Of a stretch of 64,000 nucleotides of DNA, positions 60,102 to 64,000 are shown piece after piece. The stretch lies in NCBI GenBank assembly GCA_964270895.1, contig OZ185446.1, one strand, 5' to 3'. Under the pieces are notes generated by a model. It was not told the DNA's origin, ran no database searches, and saw nothing but the letters and a program-made list of their open reading frames with translations. This DNA comes from Podarcis filfolensis (Eukaryota). The position numbers and the translations under genes were made by a program. Position 1 is the stretch's first letter. Each line of letters begins with the position of its first letter.

Positions 60102-60394
60102 AGAAGAAGAAGAAGAAGAAGAAGAAGAAGAAGAAGAAGAAGAAGGAGAAGAAGAAGAGGAGTTTGGATTTGATATCCCGCCTTTCACTCCCCTTCAGGA
60201 GTCTCAAAGCGGCTAACATTCTCCTTTCTCTTCCTCCCCCACAACAAACACTCTGTGAGGTGAGTGGGGCTGAGAGACTTCAAAGAAGTGTGACTGGCCC
60301 AAGGTCAGCCAGCAGCTGCATGTGGAGGAGCGGAGACGCGAACCCGGTTCCCCAGATTACGAGACTACCGCTCTTAACCACTACACCACACTGG
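60102..60394 (-). mobile_element. Squam2-like tRNA SINE with long (GAA)n tail
   Basis: Near-identical to 18262-18514; tail at 60102-60160. Confidence 0.88.
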
Positions 60395-61031
60395 CTCTCA
60401 TAGCCCTCTCATAGCCCTCATTGGAGCAAGATGATGAGGGGCTCGAGGAGGGTCAGTTGTGGGGGGAGTGAGAAATGTCCCTATTTTCATCTGAGGAACG
60501 TTGGAGGGCATGCCTTTGACTCAGTGGTCTTCTTCAAACTGCATTCTTGTTCACACCACTTGGACTTTCTGAGAAGTAGGTGGTTAGGAAATCAGCCCTT
60601 CTTAACTGTTTTCACAATCACATCTTGAATACTTTGAATGTGACCCCCCCCCCCAAATCTATTACTTCCAAACCCCACTGCAGTCTTCCGACAGGCATCG
60701 GTGACTTTGGAAGTCAGGAGGCTGCTTTAGAAAACTTCCTACTGCAGTTTAAGCCCATTTGTGAAATACTTGCATCTCATTATTGCCTGTTTACACTACT
60801 TAAAATAAATCATTTTAATTCAATACAATTACTCCTGATTTATATCAGTTAAAGTAATTGTGGGCCCAGGCTCCAGTTTGCTCGAATTATTTTCTTTAGA
60901 TATAGATCACAGGCCTTAAGATCTCAGAGGAAAAATCTGGCTACCAATAGAAAATGCAGACAGCTTTAAAAACATCATTAGGCAGAGAAAAATATATACT
61001 ATACCCTTCTATTTCAACTATATCCATGTTG

Positions 61032-61035
<4 letters not shown>

Positions 61036-61097
<62 letters not shown>
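61036..61097. repeat. Compound (AC)n(AG)n microsatellite
   Basis: Seen directly in the sequence. Confidence 0.97.
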
Positions 61098-61099
<2 letters not shown>

Positions 61100-61940
61100 C
61101 ACCTCATGCACATTTACTCAGAAGTAGGTCCCACTGAGTACACTTAAATATACTTCCAAGTAGGTATGCACTGGATTGTAGCCTTAGATGTAAACCATGG
61201 CGGATTGAATAGGGGGCCATGTGTTCTACGTTACAGAGGACAGTCTGTTTGAAGAAATCCTCTGTTTGAAGAGCTGACTGAATCCAAGGTCAGCTGAAAA
61301 ATGAACAACCTCAAGCAAGGAGAGCAGGGGTATTGCAAAACTTAGTTCACAGAGGACAAACTGAGTGGGCCTCTGTCTGAGTCTTGTAGTGAGATGCATA
61401 GTCTTCCTATTAAAATAATAATAAATATTTCTAAATGTGCGCCCATCCATAATTTAAAGTAGCATAGGCCATTTTAAAAATGCAAATCCATGTCATGGGT
61501 TCAGGTTATTTGGGGGGGTGTGATATGCTTACTTTGTTTCCTTTCTTTTTTGGGGAGGGCAAGGCCTGCCCAACACATTTTGGCACCTGAGATGAACCAC
61601 AAAATGGTGTCCCCTCCCTGCCAGGAAGGAAGGGGTGAGTGAAGATCTACATCAGGATCTACATCAGGAAAGATCGACATTGGTATCTGCTGACCTTGTA
61701 GATCCTGCTGTCTGAGGCGGGGGCCTCACCTTGCTTCATGGGTGGGCCAGGCCTGCTTAAGTGCCACCCCAAGACTGGAATGCTCTTGTGGATCAGGATA
61801 GGGCCATGGATGAGATGCACAGTTCAACCCATTCCAAGCCCTGCACTGGATTAAACCCTATTCTTTGATCTAGGCTTTACATAGAAGAAGTCAGTTTTCT
61901 ATGTTGATCTAGGCCTTACATGGATCACCACTGTATAGGT

Positions 61941-62076
61941 CAGGCATAGGCAGACTCAGCCCTCCAGATGTTTTGGGACTACAATTCCCATCATCCCTGA
62001 CCACTGGTCCTGCTAGCTAGGGATCATGGGAGTTGTAGTCCCAAAACATCTGGAGGGCCGAGTTTGCCTATGCCTG
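61941..62076. mobile_element. Near-perfect palindromic hAT MITE (136 bp)
   Basis: caggcataggcagactcagccctccagatgttttgggactacaattcccat / atgggagttgtagtcccaaaacatctggagggccgagtttgcctatgcctg; perfect 8-bp TSD gtataggt. Confidence 0.95.
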
Positions 62077-62469
62077 GTATAGGTTATTGTTGGCCAAGTT
62101 TCAGGTGTCATGAAGAGTAAACTCCAGGGACTGACCCCAACTGACTCCAGCTCCCTGTGGCAACGACCTTGTCTTTCCTCCTTTTGGCAAGCCCTTGGCT
62201 ACCCTCCATGCCACTTTGCATGACTCTGATTCTAGTGTTCTGCTCACATGGCTTCACCTTGTTGTCCTCAGACCCAGTCCTTTCTTCTACCTGGCAGCCA
62301 CAACTTCCCATTGTCCTTCTACAATCAGTCTGGAGTGAGTCACAAGACCCACAGCACTAATCCATCTACATTATGATGAATTTAAGAGTGATGAGACAAA
62401 CTGGGGTCTAGCTGCTCACACAGAACTTCCATTGTAATCAGTTCCATTTGGGTGTCCTTAATCTTAAGG

Positions 62470-62655
62470 GCATAGGAAGCTGCCTTAGACTGAGCCAGAC
62501 CATTGGTCAGTCGAGCTCAGTATTGTCTACACTGACTGGTAATGGCTCTCTAGAGTTTTGGGGAAGAGTCTCTCCCAGCCTGACCTGGAGATGCTGGGGT
62601 TTGAAACTGGGATCTTCTGAATGCAAAGCAGGTGCTCCACCCCTGAGCTATGACC
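62470..62655 (-). mobile_element. Squam3-like tRNA-derived SINE, near full length
   Basis: Minus strand gtcatagctcaggggtggagcacctgctttgcattcagaagatcccagtttcaaacccc (tRNA-like head) ...cagtctaaggcagcttcctatg (CR1-like tail). Confidence 0.85.
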
Positions 62656-62893
62656 TTTAATTAGAAATGTGCTGCTATCCCTTAAATGGGAAAAAAATAG
62701 AAGGAAGAATGGGGTGGGTGGGATGGAACAGAGGGACAGACGGACTCCATTCTCTGCTGGAGAAGAAGAGTGGTGGAAGAGACCTCCCATTGTTGCTGTT
62801 GCAGCAGTGGCAGCAGTAGTAACCACCATCAGGTTTGGGGGCTCACAAGATGTATCCAGTGCTTTTCTTCGAGAAAAAAAGGTGCCAGTATTG

Positions 62894-63233
62894 TGGCACT
62901 GTGGGTTAAACCACAGAGCCTAGGACATGCCGATCAGAAGGTCGGCGGTTCAAATCCCCGCAACGGGGCGCGCTTCTGTTGCTTGGTCCCTGCTCCTGCC
63001 AACCTAGCAGTTCGAAAGCACATCAAAGTGCAAGTAGATAAATAGGTACCGCTCCGGCGGAAAGGTAAACGGCGTTTCCATGCACTGCTCTGGTTCGCCA
63101 GAAGCGGCTTAGTCATGCTGGCCACATGACCTGGAAGCTGTACGCCGGCTCCCTTGGCCAATAAAGCAAGATGAGCACTGCAACCCCAGAGTCGGTCACG
63201 ACTGGACCTAATGGTCAGGGGTCCCTTTACCTT
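62894..63233 (+). mobile_element. Sauria SINE inserted into a small hAT MITE (62857-63260)
   Basis: Sauria body tggcactgtgggttaaacc...ggtccctttacctt; short TSD tattg; host ends cagtgcttttc / aacagcactg. Confidence 0.95.
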
Positions 63234-64000
63234 TATTGCACCCCCAGAAAAACAGCACTGGATCATTTACAAGCAAATTTAGAACTCTACCCTGAGAGCA
63301 GTGGATAAGATTTTTGAGAGTATTCTCTACTTGTGCTTGCATTCATTACTGTCCCGATCTATCTGTTGAACTACTCATCTGTCTTCACATAACTAAGGAT
63401 GGACCAAAGTCTGCTCTGTGTCAGTATCAATGGCTTTCAAGCATAAAACCATCCCATCCCATTTTCTAATTGATTTTCTGAAAGAATACACAACAAATAA
63501 GACATGTATGCATTTTGTGCACTCTCTTCCTGCATAATATGCCTTGTGGTGCTTTTTGGTATATTTTGTACACATTTTCAATTATGTGTGCTTGTGTTTA
63601 TGCGCACTTTTGGAGACTGAAACTACTCCCCCCCCTCCCAGTTTAGAGAAGTGGACAGTCTGAAAGCTGTGTTCCAATCTGTAAGCAAGGATGCCATATT
63701 GAGTCAGTGAAGAGCAGACCAAATGAATTCCTTCTCCATCCTTATGCTTAAATAATTAAATCTTCTTTTAAAGTTAGCAAGAAGGAAATGGAAGGAGACC
63801 CAGTGCTTGCAAACTCTTCTAAGAATATGAATAAATTAAAGAAGTGATTAAAACTAATTACTGAAAGAGAAAAAAAGAGCACACGTGTTACAAGGAGCTG
63901 AGCCTGCTTATGAAATTCCAGCCAGAAACCTGCCTTTGCCTCTGAGCAATGAGCTTCTGTGTAAAAGGGATTTCGAATGGGAAGACTGATAGAGGCCCAA

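Noticed and set aside
59916-60173. Poly-arginine ORF
   Set aside because: Translation of the (GAA)n SINE tail.

Overview
Eukaryotic genomic DNA from a squamate reptile, most likely a lacertid lizard (Podarcis/Lacerta/Zootoca type). This is inferred from the repeat content: Sauria SINEs, Squam2/Squam3-like SINEs, BovB, L2, CR1, L1, Rex1/Babar and hAT/pogo MITEs. The window reads as a large intron or intergenic stretch, and I could not identify any host protein-coding gene. The only convincing protein-coding sequences are retrotransposon ORF fragments: an L1 ORF2 C-terminus, an uninterrupted 523-codon L2 reverse-transcriptase frame, BovB and Rex1. The remaining short ORFs in the track look like chance ORFs or antisense frames of repeats. 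The most structured region is 42.99-47.44 kb. There an LTR-like element holds an L1 with a perfect 19-bp target-site duplication, that L1 carries an L2 inside its 3' UTR, a second inverted L2 copy lies about 550 bp away, and a Gypsy-type solo LTR with a perfect 5-bp TSD follows. Other leads are two diverged copies of an old repeat carrying TTAYRTAA arrays, several short candidate exons or recursive splice sites, and repeat-poor CNE-like blocks. I found no prokaryote-type system, CRISPR array, viral insertion or clearly new biological system. The findings are mostly transposon-architecture and splicing hypotheses.
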